Below, piece by piece: positions 9,688-18,882 of a stretch of DNA of 54,465 nt; the stretch's first letter is position 1; each line of letters opens with the position of its first letter. The DNA comes from Actinomycetota bacterium (GTDB taxonomy: Bacteria > Armatimonadota > SYMT01), in assembly GCA_005798285.1 (NCBI GenBank), contig SYKE01000199.1:1-54465 (forward strand), read 5' to 3'. A model generated the notes under the pieces. The model searched no databases. It was not told the origin of the DNA and saw only the letters and a program-made list of their open reading frames with translations. A program made the translations under genes and the position numbers.

Positions 9688-10863
9688 ATGCCCGGGGGGA
9701 TCCTCGGCTTCGACCTCCAGCCCCGGACGCGCATCGTCTACGGGCTGGGGGTATTGGAGCGGCTGGGTGAGTTGACGCGGGAGCTGCCGGCGCGGCGCGT
9801 GCTGGTGGTAACCGACCCCGGCATCGCGGCCGTGGGCCATCTGGAGCGGGCCCTGGCGATCCTGAAGGCGGCGGGCGTCACCGCCGCCGTCTTCGATCGG
9901 GTCCGCGAAAATCCCACCACCGTGGATGCCGCCGCCTGTCTGGAAGCGGCCCGGGGGGAAGGGGTCGAGGCGTTCATCGGACTCGGCGGCGGCAGCAGCA
10001 TGGACACCGCCAAGGGCGGCAACTTCCTGCTGACCAACGGTGGACGCATGCAGGACTACTGGGGCCACGGGAAAGCCTCCCGACCCTTGCTGCCGCTCAT
10101 CGCCGTGCCGACCACTTCGGGCACCGGCAGCGAGTGTCAGTCGTACGCCCTGATTGCCGATGAGGCGACCCACCAGAAGATGGCCTGCGGCGACCCCAAG
10201 GCGGCGGCACGGGTCGCGCTGCTCGACCCGGGGCTCACGCTGTCTCAGCCGCGCGGCGTGACCGCCTGCACCGGCATCGATGCCATCGCTCACGCCGTTG
10301 AGACGGCCGTCACGCGCCGTCGGAACGAATTCTCGCTTCTGTACTCCCGCGAGGCGTTTCGGCTCACCAGCGGCAGCTTCACGCGCGTCCTGGGAGAGCC
10401 TTCACATCTGGAGGCGCGCGCCGCCATGCACCTCGGCGCGAGCTTTGCCGGTATCGCCATCGAGCAGAGCATGCTCGGCGCGGCTCACTCCGCCGCGAAT
10501 CCCCTCACGGCGCGCTTCAATATCGTCCACGGGCAGGCGGTGGGAATGATGCTCCCGCATGTGGTGCGGTTCAACGCCGAGGATCCCACGGCGGCGGCGG
10601 CCTACGCCGATCTCGCTGTTTCGGCGGGCCTGGCTCCACACGGCGGCGACGCATGGCAGGCGTCGCACGCGCTGGCGGACCACCTCCAATCGCTTCTGCG
10701 GGCCGCGGGGTGGCCGGACTCGCTTGCCGTCCTGGGCGTCACCGAGGACAGCGTCCCCGCGCTCGCCACGGGGGCTGCGGGGCAGTGGACCGCGAACTTC
10801 AACCCACGCAGCGTCTCGGCCGCCGACTTTCAGCGGCTCTATCGCTCTGCGCTGGGGGTGTGA
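9688..10863 (+). CDS. Iron-containing (group III) alcohol dehydrogenase
   Basis: ATG lies 3 nt after the upstream stop. GLGGGSSMDTAKG, AVPTTSGTGSE and the metal-ligand region GIDAIAHAVE...HLGASFAG...LGAAHSAANPL are typical Fe-ADH signatures. Confidence 0.9.
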   Translation: MPGGILGFDLQPRTRIVYGLGVLERLGELTRELPARRVLVVTDPGIAAVGHLERALAILKAAGVTAAVFDRVRENPTTVDAAACLEAARGEGVEAFIGLGGGSSMDTAKGGNFLLTNGGRMQDYWGHGKASRPLLPLIAVPTTSGTGSECQSYALIADEATHQKMACGDPKAAARVALLDPGLTLSQPRGVTACTGIDAIAHAVETAVTRRRNEFSLLYSREAFRLTSGSFTRVLGEPSHLEARAAMHLGASFAGIAIEQSMLGAAHSAANPLTARFNIVHGQAVGMMLPHVVRFNAEDPTAAAAYADLAVSAGLAPHGGDAWQASHALADHLQSLLRAAGWPDSLAVLGVTEDSVPALATGAAGQWTANFNPRSVSAADFQRLYRSALGV

Positions 10864-10868
10864 AGAAA

Positions 10869-10898
10869 CGACCCCGGCTCCATCCGGAACCGGGGTCG
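10869..10898. terminator. Hairpin between convergent genes (Fe-ADH and glyQ)
   Basis: cgaccccgg (10869-10877) pairs with ccggggtcg (10890-10898) around a 12-nt loop. There is no T-run, so this rests on position and structure only. Confidence 0.35.
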
Positions 10899-10945
10899 AC
10901 GCCGACGTCCGATCAGCTCGGGCCCGGAGTCCGGGCCCCTCGCGT

Positions 10946-11830
10946 TCAGGCGGCTTCTTCGGTCTTCGGCAGGAGCGGGTAACCCGATTCCTCACGCTGT
11001 TTCAGGTAGGCCTGCGCCACTCGACGACAGATGTTCCTCACCCGGTCGATGTAGCTGGCCCGCTCCGTTACCGAGATGGCGCCCCGAGCATCCAGGATGT
11101 TGAAGGCGTGGCTGCACTTGAGCGCAAAGTCGTAGCAGGGGTAAACGAGCCCCTCCTTCAGAATTCGGTGCGACTCCGCCTCATACAGGTCGAACAGTCG
11201 GAAGTGGAGATCCGTGTCAGCCTTGTCGAGATTGTAGATGGAGTTCTCGATCTCCGCGGTTTTGTCGAGCTGCCCGTAGGTGAGACCGTGGTCCCATTCC
11301 AGTTCCCAGAAGCTGGCGACGTTCTGGAGCAGACAGGCGAGGCGCTCAGGTCCGTAGGTGATCTCCACCGTCACCGGCCGGCACTCGAAGCCGCCGCTCT
11401 GCTGGAAGAAGGTGAACTGGGTGATCTCGTTGCCGTCGAGTTCCACCTGCCAACCGACGCCCGCGGCGCCGAGCATGGGGCTCTCCCAGTCATCCTCCGT
11501 GAATTTGATGTCGTGTATGGCGGGGTCGATGCCAAGAGATCGCAGGCTGTCCAGATACAGGTCCACGATGTTGTCGGGCGACGGCTTCAAGATGACCTGG
11601 TACTGGTAGTAGTGCTGCACGCGCATGGGGTTGCGGGCGTAGCGGCTGTCGGCCGGGCGGCGGCTCGGCTGAACGTAGGCCGTGTTGAACGGCTCCGGCC
11701 CGAGGCTTCTGAAAAACGTCGCCGGGTGCATCGTGCCGGCGCCCATTTCCACGTCCCACGGCTGCAGGATGACGCAGCCCTGCGCGGCCCAGAAGCGTTC
11801 GAGATTGGAAAGGAGTTGTTGAAAGGTCAT
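10946..11830 (-). CDS. glyQ: Glycine--tRNA ligase alpha subunit
   Basis: [47 protein letters not shown]...[33 protein letters not shown] is the highly conserved GlyQ sequence. The length is 294 aa. Confidence 0.95.
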   Translation of the reverse strand: MTFQQLLSNLERFWAAQGCVILQPWDVEMGAGTMHPATFFRSLGPEPFNTAYVQPSRRPADSRYARNPMRVQHYYQYQVILKPSPDNIVDLYLDSLRSLGIDPAIHDIKFTEDDWESPMLGAAGVGWQVELDGNEITQFTFFQQSGGFECRPVTVEITYGPERLACLLQNVASFWELEWDHGLTYGQLDKTAEIENSIYNLDKADTDLHFRLFDLYEAESHRILKEGLVYPCYDFALKCSHAFNILDARGAISVTERASYIDRVRNICRRVAQAYLKQREESGYPLLPKTEEAA

Positions 11831-12618
11831 CGTCTTCTACCGCGGACCAGCCAGACATAGCCCAGTCGGCCGGTCAATGTCGTCACATCAAACCAGGGAT
11901 ACAGCAATCGCGCCAGTTCCTCGCGGCGAAACCGGTGAAAGTAAAGCTCGCCGCTGTGAAAACCCTCTTGCCGAAGCCACGGCAGAGCCCGGTAGGCCGT
12001 CAGAGCGAGCCTGCCGCCCGGTCGCAGCACCCGAGCCATCTCGGCGATCACCCGGCGCCGCAGGGCCTCGGTGGGAACGTGCTCGAGGAGCTGCGCCGAC
12101 ACCACGTGAGTTGCCCAGCCGTCCGCCACGGGGATTTGCGTTGCATCGGACCGGACCAGTTGTACCGCGTCCCGCCCAGGAGCGGACAGTTTTGCCTGAA
12201 GGCGATTCAGCGACGCCAGGCTGTGATCCACGGCGAGCACGCGAGCGCCGAGAGCTGCGAGGCGGAGAGTGACTCGGCCCGTGCCGCATCCGACTTCCGC
12301 CACCCGGACTTCCGTCCCGCGAAGGCCGCTCAGCAGCAGGGGGAGTTCGAAGCGGGAGAAGAGCCGTAGACCCAGCATGCCGTCGTAGCGAACGGAGTCG
12401 TCGTCTCGAAATGCCTGTTCCCGGCGGACCGTCTCCGCGGCATCCGGCTCCCAACCGTCGGGGGGTGGGAGATCCGGGATGCCGTTGGACAGCGGAGAGA
12501 TCCAACGACAAGCGGTGCAGAGGAGTGTCGGAGAAGCCCGTCCGGCTCCGGATTCCAATCCGGGCCGGAACTCCAGGGGCGCTCGGTCACGAGGACAGCG
12601 CAGGTCTTCAATCCCCAT
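11827..12618 (-). CDS. Class I SAM-dependent methyltransferase with an N-terminal Trm112-like zinc ribbon
   Basis: The N-terminus [12 protein letters not shown]...[17 protein letters not shown] looks like a Trm112-type ribbon. SAM motif I is [28 protein letters not shown]. The stop overlaps the glyQ start (ATGA, 11827-11830). Confidence 0.8.
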   Translation of the reverse strand: MGIEDLRCPRDRAPLEFRPGLESGAGRASPTLLCTACRWISPLSNGIPDLPPPDGWEPDAAETVRREQAFRDDDSVRYDGMLGLRLFSRFELPLLLSGLRGTEVRVAEVGCGTGRVTLRLAALGARVLAVDHSLASLNRLQAKLSAPGRDAVQLVRSDATQIPVADGWATHVVSAQLLEHVPTEALRRRVIAEMARVLRPGGRLALTAYRALPWLRQEGFHSGELYFHRFRREELARLLYPWFDVTTLTGRLGYVWLVRGRRR

Positions 12619-12630
12619 CGAGAATCGCCA

Positions 12631-13320
12631 TCAGAACTCGATGGCGAAATCCAGTCCCTCGATTCCGTCGGTGGAAACCCGGGAGACCTTGCGCTTGATT
12701 CGGGCCAGGGCGTTATCGACGGACTTGGTCTTGCAGCGAAGCTCGTCGGCGATCTCTCGATACGACTTGCCCAACTGGTAGCCCGCCAGAACCCGCCACT
12801 CAAATTCGCTCAGGAGTTGCTGGAGCATCCCCAGGAGCGCTTCACTGTCTTCTCGCTGCAGTACGAGTTCTTCCGGATCCGCCGTTTCGTCGGTCTGCAG
12901 GATGTCGGACATGTTCCAGTCGCTGAACTCGTCTTCCGAGGGAACCTCCAGGGAGAGTGAGGTGTTCAGCGGGAGCTGCTTTTGTCGGGTGGCCGCCTTG
13001 ATGGCGGTGATGATGTGCCGGTGAATACACACCTTGGCAAATGCCGGAAACGAGGTCGCCTTCGCGGGCTTGTAGTCCACGATGGCCTGCCACAACCCGA
13101 TCATGCCGACCTGGAGCAGATCTTCCCGCTCGGCGCCGACCAGGAAGTAGGACTTGACCTTGGATCGTACGAGATTCCGGTACTTGTAAAGGAGGTGCTC
13201 GGCGGCGTCTTCGTATCCTCGTTGAGCTCTCGCTACCACGTCGGCGTCCGGCATTCCGGCATAGCGGGCGATTGCCGCTCCGGAAACCATCTCCTCGGTG
13301 AAATCCATCTGGAACTTCAC
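12631..13320 (-). CDS. Sigma-70 family sigma factor, SigH/Spo0H-like
   Basis: LLYKYRNLVRSKVKSYFLVGAEREDLLQVGMIGLWQAIVDYKPAKATSFPAFAKVCIHRHIITAIKAATRQKQLPLN and ...SYREIADELRCKTKSVDNALARIKRKV align closely with the Bacillus SigH sequence recalled from memory (YRNFVRAKARSYFLIGADREDIVQEGMIGLYKSIRDF...FAELCITRQIITAIKTATRQKHIPLN...KSIDNALQRVKRKL). The start at 13320 is GTG. An alternative ATG lies at 13308. Confidence 0.85.
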   Translation of the reverse strand: MKFQMDFTEEMVSGAAIARYAGMPDADVVARAQRGYEDAAEHLLYKYRNLVRSKVKSYFLVGAEREDLLQVGMIGLWQAIVDYKPAKATSFPAFAKVCIHRHIITAIKAATRQKQLPLNTSLSLEVPSEDEFSDWNMSDILQTDETADPEELVLQREDSEALLGMLQQLLSEFEWRVLAGYQLGKSYREIADELRCKTKSVDNALARIKRKVSRVSTDGIEGLDFAIEF

Positions 13321-13632
13321 GCCGTCTCCTCCACGGTGGGGGTATGCCAGGAAGAATTATACAGATTGAGGACGCCCGTTGCCAGGGATCCTCAGCATCT
13401 GACGTGTGTCAAATGAACCCAGCCCCCGGCGGCCGCCCGGCAGCCGGGCATCGGCCACCGGGTCGAATTGTATCTTAAGTGAAGATGCTCAAGTTGGGTG
13501 ACAGAGAGGGCGCCACAAAGTCCGAACGGTTCCACATCCGAAACGGCTCCGGGGAAGGGATCAACCACCCTCCGTGTCCAATCAGCAGGCGGCGTCGGGA
13601 GGCCGATCCTCTCGCGCCTGGGAGAGTTTTCG

Positions 13633-14073
13633 ATGGATATCAACGGGAAATTGAAGGAGCTGGGACTTGAGATTCCGGCCGCCAGTCCCGGCAAGCTGGC
13701 TCCGGCCGTGCGAACCGGTAATCTGGTGTACACGAGCGGCGCAACGTCGCGGGTCACCGGCAAGGTCGGGGACAACGTCACGGTGGAAGAGGGCTACGAA
13801 GCGGCCCGTCAGGCGATCCTGGGCTGCCTGGGCTCGGTTCAGTGGCTCGTGGGGGATCTGAGCAAGGTCACACGCGTGGTCAAGATTCTGGGTATGGTGA
13901 ACTGCGCCGAGGGTTTCAGCAACACGCCTGCCGTCATTCACGGCGCAACCGACACGCTCGTCGCCATCTTCGGTCAGGAAGTGGGCTGGCACGCCCGCAG
14001 CGCCATCGGCGTCTACCAGCTTCCGGGAGATGCGGCGGTCGAGATCGAGATCATCGTCGAGGTCAAGGACTGA
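13633..14073 (+). CDS. RidA/YjgF-family protein
   Basis: ATG at 13633 lies 6 nt after GGAGAG (13621-13626). 146 aa. GNLVYTSG...EEGYEAARQAILGCL...VVKILGMVN...ARSAIGVYQLPGDAAVEIEIIVEV fits the YjgF/RidA fold pattern. Confidence 0.8.
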   Translation: MDINGKLKELGLEIPAASPGKLAPAVRTGNLVYTSGATSRVTGKVGDNVTVEEGYEAARQAILGCLGSVQWLVGDLSKVTRVVKILGMVNCAEGFSNTPAVIHGATDTLVAIFGQEVGWHARSAIGVYQLPGDAAVEIEIIVEVKD

Positions 14074-14094
14074 CGTCCCGGAGCCGTTAGCAGA

Positions 14095-14658
14095 ATGCGT
14101 ATTTACACCCGAACCGGGGATCAGGGAGAAACGGGCCTCTTCGGCGGCCAGCGGGTGCTCAAGAGCCACCCGCGCGTGCATGCCTACGGGGAAGTCGACG
14201 AACTGAATGCCCAGCTCGGGGTGTGCGCCACCCAGGTGGAGGATCCCGAGCTGCTCGGGCTTCTCCACCGCCTCCAGAGTGAGCTTTTCGTGGTGGGCGC
14301 CGATCTGGCCACCCCGCTCGATGCGCTGCAGGGGGAGCACCGTCGGAGCGTGCCACGGGTGACCGAGGGGATGGTGGCCCGGCTGGAAGATCTCATCGAC
14401 AGCTTTGAGGATCGCCTGGAGCCGCTGACCACCTTCATCCTGCCCGGTGGTACGGCGCAGGCGGCCCAGCTTCATCTCGCTCGAACGGTGTGCCGTCGCG
14501 CGGAGCGGGCCGTGCTGGCCGCCGCGGGCCGGGAAGAGGGCTACAACCCCGAAGTGCTGGTCTACCTGAACCGACTGGCGGATCTGCTCTTCGTGGCGGC
14601 CCGTTTCGCGAACCATCAGGTGGGCTGCCCGGATGTCCCGTGGGTCAGCCCGGCCTGA
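14095..14658 (+). CDS. ATP:cob(I)alamin adenosyltransferase, PduO type
   Basis: MRIYTRTGDQGETGLFGGQRV.K...V.AYGEVDELNAQLG, LQSELFVVGADLATP and LPGG...AAQLHLARTVCRRAER are hallmark PduO/MMAB-family motifs. Confidence 0.9.
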   Translation: MRIYTRTGDQGETGLFGGQRVLKSHPRVHAYGEVDELNAQLGVCATQVEDPELLGLLHRLQSELFVVGADLATPLDALQGEHRRSVPRVTEGMVARLEDLIDSFEDRLEPLTTFILPGGTAQAAQLHLARTVCRRAERAVLAAAGREEGYNPEVLVYLNRLADLLFVAARFANHQVGCPDVPWVSPA

Positions 14659-14674
14659 CGGTTCGAGGGAGGTC

Positions 14675-16702
14675 TTAGCGGATGCGGGCGCCTGCCGGCA
14701 GCTCTGTGTCCGGCTGAAGCAGCGAGACCTTGCCGTCCGCCTCGGCGGCGAGGAGCATCCCCTGGGAGATCAATCCCCGGAGCTTGCGCGGCGCGAGGTT
14801 GGCCACCATCACGACGCGGCGACCCACGAGGGTCTCCGGCTGGTAATACTCCGCCAGACCGGCCAAAACCGTGCGCTCTTCGTCGCCGAGGCTCACTTTC
14901 AGGTGCAGCAGCTTGTCGGCCTTCGGCACGCGCTCGGCGGACAGCACCACCGCGACACGAAGCTCGACCTTCGCGAAGTCGTCGATCCCGATCGTCGCGA
15001 TCCCCTCGGTCTGCTGGGGGGCTTCGGCCGTCGGGGCCGGTGGTGCGGGGGTTGGCGCGGGCGCCGCCGGGGCGACCGACTGCGGAGTCTCGCCGGACAT
15101 GATTCGATTTCCTTCCTCAAGGCGTTTGCGGTCAATCCGCGGAAAGATCGGGACCGGACTCCCCAGCGGGGCGCCGGTCTGGAGCGCATCCCACTGAAGC
15201 GCTTCCTCCCAGGTCGGGGTGGAGCTGAGCCCGAGCTGGGCGCGCATCTCTTGTGAGGCTACCGGCATTACGGGGGAGAGCCAGACGGTGAGCACGCGAG
15301 CCCCTTCCAGAGCGTGCCGCAGCACCCCCGCAAGCTCGTCGCGCTTGCCCTGCCGCGCGAGCACCCAGGGCGCCCGTTCCCCGATGTAGCCGTTCAGCGC
15401 CGCCACGTAGTCCCAGATCGCCGTGAGGGCGCCCTGGAGATCGATCGCCTCCAGCGAGGCCGTCACGCGGGCGTGGATCTCCGGAGCGAGCGCTTTCAGG
15501 CGGACTTCCGCCTCCGATGGCGGCGGCGTTTCGCCATCCGGCGCGCCTTCGCGAACAAAGTTCTGCCGCACCATGTTCAGCGCCCGATTCAGGCCGTTGC
15601 CCAGATCGTTCGCGAGATCTCCGTTGAAGCGCTGGACGAGCGACGAGCGTGAGAAATTGCCGTCCTCGCCGAAGGGCATCTCTCGAAAGAGGAAGTAGCG
15701 AACGGCATCCCGGGCGATGGGGCGGGTGGAGCCGGACACGGTTTCCAGCCACTCCGCCAGCTTCAGCGGTTCGATGAAGTTGCCGAGGGACTTCGACATC
15801 TTGGTCCCCTCGTTCATCCAGAAGCCATGTCCGAAAACGCAGCGGGGCGGCTTGAGGCCGGCGGCCATCAGCATGGCGGGCCACAGCGTGCAGTGGAACC
15901 GGACGTAGATGTCTTTGCCGACCAGGTGGAGCGAAGCCGGCCACCAGGCGTCCATCGACTCCGCGTCGTTCGGGAAACCGGCCACCGTGATGTAGTTGAT
16001 CAGCGCGTCGAACCAGACGTAGATCACCTGCGAATCGTCGTCGGGCACGGGGATTCCCCACCCGACGGCGGAACGCGTGATGCAGACGTCCCGCAGGCCC
16101 TGCTTGATGAACGACACCACCTCGTTCTTCCGAAACTCAGGGAGCAGGCAGCCGGGGTTCGCGTCGATCCACTCCAGCAGCCGGTCGCCGTAGCGGCTGA
16201 GGGCGAAGAAGTAGTTGGTTTCGCGCACCAGTTCCAGCGGTTTGTGCTGGGGCTCATTCGGGCAGGGGCGCACGCCTTCTTTCTCCGGAGCCTCCTCAGC
16301 GGCGAAGAAGGTCTCGCAGCCGACGCAGTACCAGCCCTCGTACTCCCCCTGGTAGATGTCGCCCCGTTCCTGGAGGCGGCGGAAGAATTCCTGACCCGCC
16401 GCGATGTGCCGCGCCTCGCTGGTGCGGATGAAGACGTGGTCATCCACGCCCAGCTCTCGCCAGGCCTCCTGAAAGCGGCCCGCCATGCCGTCCACGAACT
16501 CCCGCACGTTCATGCCTCGGGCCTCGGCGGCGCGAAGCACCTTGGTGGCATGCTCGTCGGTACCGGTGCTGAACAGCACTTCTTCCCCGCGAGCTCGATG
16601 GAATCGAGCGAGGATATCGGCCGCCAACGTGGTGTAGGCCGTGCCGATGTGGGGTACGTCGTTGACGTAGTAAATGGGGGTGGTCAGGAAAAAGCGGGAC
16701 AT
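14675..16702 (-). CDS. metG: Methionine--tRNA ligase with a C-terminal tRNA-binding (Trbp111/EMAP-like) domain
   Basis: ATG at 16702 gives MSRFFLTTPIYYVNDVPHIGTAYTTLAADILARFHR (HIGH region). The KMSKS motif is present (GTKMSKSLGN). A Pro/Ala linker (APAAPAPTPAPPAPTAEAP) is followed by DDFAKVELRVAVVLSAERVPKADKLLHLKVSLG. The ORF track start at 16942 adds 80 implausible residues. Confidence 0.95.
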   Translation of the reverse strand: MSRFFLTTPIYYVNDVPHIGTAYTTLAADILARFHRARGEEVLFSTGTDEHATKVLRAAEARGMNVREFVDGMAGRFQEAWRELGVDDHVFIRTSEARHIAAGQEFFRRLQERGDIYQGEYEGWYCVGCETFFAAEEAPEKEGVRPCPNEPQHKPLELVRETNYFFALSRYGDRLLEWIDANPGCLLPEFRKNEVVSFIKQGLRDVCITRSAVGWGIPVPDDDSQVIYVWFDALINYITVAGFPNDAESMDAWWPASLHLVGKDIYVRFHCTLWPAMLMAAGLKPPRCVFGHGFWMNEGTKMSKSLGNFIEPLKLAEWLETVSGSTRPIARDAVRYFLFREMPFGEDGNFSRSSLVQRFNGDLANDLGNGLNRALNMVRQNFVREGAPDGETPPPSEAEVRLKALAPEIHARVTASLEAIDLQGALTAIWDYVAALNGYIGERAPWVLARQGKRDELAGVLRHALEGARVLTVWLSPVMPVASQEMRAQLGLSSTPTWEEALQWDALQTGAPLGSPVPIFPRIDRKRLEEGNRIMSGETPQSVAPAAPAPTPAPPAPTAEAPQQTEGIATIGIDDFAKVELRVAVVLSAERVPKADKLLHLKVSLGDEERTVLAGLAEYYQPETLVGRRVVMVANLAPRKLRGLISQGMLLAAEADGKVSLLQPDTELPAGARIR

Positions 16703-16814
16703 GGGCGTGCCTCGGCGGCAGCGTTCCGGGGTGGATCGGAAGGATTCCGAACCGACTGGGAACGGCACAGGATACCTCTTCGGCCCCTCCCCGGCAACCC
16801 CGCCCGATTGGAGC

Positions 16815-17690
16815 TCAGTCCGGTGGAGCCCCCTGGGATCCCCGGGTGGAGCAGCCTCCGCGGCAGCTTCCGCCCTCCGCCACGGCGCAGCCGACGGTGA
16901 GGGCCCGATGCACGCCTTCGGGAGAGTAGGCCTTCTCCACACCCCCGTCCAGCCGAACCACCACGCTTCCCGCCGGGACGTTCCAGCCGCTGACCTTGCC
17001 GGCGCCGTCCGAAGTTTCCACCGCCGCGCCGACTGCGGGATAGTCGCTTCGAGCCTCGGCGTAGGCGCTGTACTCGAACCGCAGACAGCACATCAGCTTG
17101 CCGCAGACACCGCTGTAGCGGGTCGGGTTCAACACCAGCGCCTGTGCCTGCGCCATTCCCGCGGTGACCGATGAGAATTCGGTCATCCACGAGGTGCAGC
17201 AAAGCTCACGGCCGCAGGGACCGATCCCGCCGAGCAGGCGTGCGGCATCTCGGGCGCCCACCTGCAAGAGTTGGATGCGGGTGCGGAGTCGGGCCGCCAG
17301 CGCCTTCACGAGCGCTCGAAAGTCGACGCGGCCCTCGGACACGTAGAAGAAGGTGATTCGAGAGCGATCCCACTGGTAGCGGGCTCGAATCAAGCGCATC
17401 GGGAGACCGAGTTCGCGGATCAGCGCCGACGAGTCCGTCATGGCGCGCTCCGAGAGCTCGAGGTTTCGGGTCTCCTGGCGCACATCGGCCTCGGTGGCGA
17501 GACGGGTCATCCGCGCGGAGCCCGGTGGAGCCGTCTCGCCTTCGCGGGCTTCCCGCCGCACCTCACCGTATTCGAGTCCCTGACCCGTGTCGAAGAGGAC
17601 GAACGCTCGCACCGCCGGCTGAAACGGCCCCGCCGCCACGGCGAGCGGACGCTGGTCGGTGGCTGTGCGAACCGCCAGCCAGCGGGTCAT
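16815..17690 (-). CDS. PSP1-domain protein (YaaT/RicT family)
   Basis: ITFFYVSEGRVDFRALVKALAARLRTRIQLLQVGARDAARLLGGIGPCGRELCCTSWMTEF..V....A......LNP...SGVCGKLMCCLRFEY is the conserved PSP1 C-terminal domain, including its Cys cluster. Confidence 0.85.
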   Translation of the reverse strand: MTRWLAVRTATDQRPLAVAAGPFQPAVRAFVLFDTGQGLEYGEVRREAREGETAPPGSARMTRLATEADVRQETRNLELSERAMTDSSALIRELGLPMRLIRARYQWDRSRITFFYVSEGRVDFRALVKALAARLRTRIQLLQVGARDAARLLGGIGPCGRELCCTSWMTEFSSVTAGMAQAQALVLNPTRYSGVCGKLMCCLRFEYSAYAEARSDYPAVGAAVETSDGAGKVSGWNVPAGSVVVRLDGGVEKAYSPEGVHRALTVGCAVAEGGSCRGGCSTRGSQGAPPD

Positions 17691-17705
17691 GGCCGGCTCA
17701 CCCGT

Positions 17706-18020
17706 CTAACGGCGCCGTCCGAGCGTGAAGACGTACTTGAGCGCGCTCCGGAATCTGAGGTACCAGGCTTCTTCGGTCTGGGCGTCGCCGCGAGAGCGCT
17801 GCCAGCGCAGCTCGTTCATATAGGCCACGGCGCGTGCCCGTGACGCGTCCTCGGCTTCCCGGGGGACGGGAATCGACTGCGCCACACCGTGAAAGAGCGC
17901 CGCCGTTCGCAGCAAACTCTCACACTCGGTGGGTTCCGCCCCCTCCCGTTCCAGGGCCGGGGGCAGCCAGGCCTCGCGCTTACGCGCCTCCTCGATGAAG
18001 GTGGATGTGTTCGGGGGCAT
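17706..18020 (-). CDS. Hypothetical protein downstream of the ECF sigma factor (possible cognate regulator; unassigned)
   Basis: An ORF on the same strand as the flanking genes. ATG candidates lie at 18020 and 18089, and either overlaps the 3' tail of the sigma gene. I recognise no motif and no TM segment. Confidence 0.3.
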   Translation of the reverse strand: MPPNTSTFIEEARKREAWLPPALEREGAEPTECESLLRTAALFHGVAQSIPVPREAEDASRARAVAYMNELRWQRSRGDAQTEEAWYLRFRSALKYVFTLGRRR

Positions 18021-18663
18021 TGTCTTGAGCCTTTTGCGGAGCGACGACTCGCATCGCTCCGTCGGTTGAGTTCTGGGCGCCGGCAACATACGTCTTGAGA
18101 TGCTGACGGAGCCCCTGGAGAGCCCGGTGAAGCAAACTCTTCACCGCGCCCTCGGTTCGATCGAGTGCCTGGGCGATTTCCCGGATCGACTGATCCCCAA
18201 GAAACCTGAGCGTCACGGCGCGCGCCTGGTCGGGCGGAAGCTGATTGATCGCCAGCCGCACCATCTCCTGCACTTCTCCGCGTTCCACCAGTTCCTGTGG
18301 GTTGAGACCCTCGGCGGGCAGATACTCCAGGAAGCTGTCGACATCTTCGGCGGCCTGGGCATCTAAAGAGAGCATACCCCCCGCGGGCAGCCGGCGTACG
18401 TGATCGATGATCAGGTTGCTGGTGATCTGATGCAGCCAGGGGTAGAGAGTGGGGGCTCGGCGAAACTGGTAGGAATCGATCCGCTGCAGTGCGCGGCGGA
18501 ACGTCTCCGAGGCCACATCGGCCGCGTCTTCGGCATTGCCCAGGCGAAGGTAGGCCAGCCGGTACACACGCGGGTAATAGCGCCGGTGAAGCATCTCAAA
18601 GGCGCGCACGTCGCCCGTCTTCACCCGCTCCACCAACGCCTTATCGCTCTCGTCGAACGGCAT
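17980..18663 (-). CDS. ECF-type RNA polymerase sigma factor
   Basis: ATG at 18663 gives MPFDESDKALVERVKTGDVRAFEMLHRRYYPRVYRLAYLRLGNAEDAADVASETF...YPWLHQITSNLIIDHVRR (region 2). Region 4 helix-turn-helix: LPPDQARAVTLRFLGDQSIREIAQALDRTEGAVKSLLHRAL. Confidence 0.8.
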   Translation of the reverse strand: MPFDESDKALVERVKTGDVRAFEMLHRRYYPRVYRLAYLRLGNAEDAADVASETFRRALQRIDSYQFRRAPTLYPWLHQITSNLIIDHVRRLPAGGMLSLDAQAAEDVDSFLEYLPAEGLNPQELVERGEVQEMVRLAINQLPPDQARAVTLRFLGDQSIREIAQALDRTEGAVKSLLHRALQGLRQHLKTYVAGAQNSTDGAMRVVAPQKAQDNAPEHIHLHRGGA

Positions 18664-18882
18664 TAAACGGTGGGCCTCGCTCTCATGACCCGGCGGAATC
18701 GTTCCGACGAAGCCACTTCCGCTCCGCCATCGACCCAACCTCGTATTATAGGCCCAGCCGCGTTTGCCCTGCCGGGATCCCGGCGCCTGAACCTGTTCGG
18801 CCGCCAGCAACACTGAAACGCCTCCCGCCGGCCCACACCTGCAGACCGGTTCAGGTTGCTTAACGGTGGATCCGGAAGAAGG

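Noticed and set aside
8434-10293. A 619-aa minus-strand ORF across the LuxC-like and Fe-ADH genes.
   Set aside because: It is antisense to two genes with strong family signatures. Its composition is biased (R/G/A/P) and it has no motifs, so it is a high-GC artefact.
10559-11860. A 433-aa plus-strand ORF running from the Fe-ADH 3' end through glyQ.
   Set aside because: It overlaps the unmistakable glyQ on the opposite strand, and its translation has no recognisable features.
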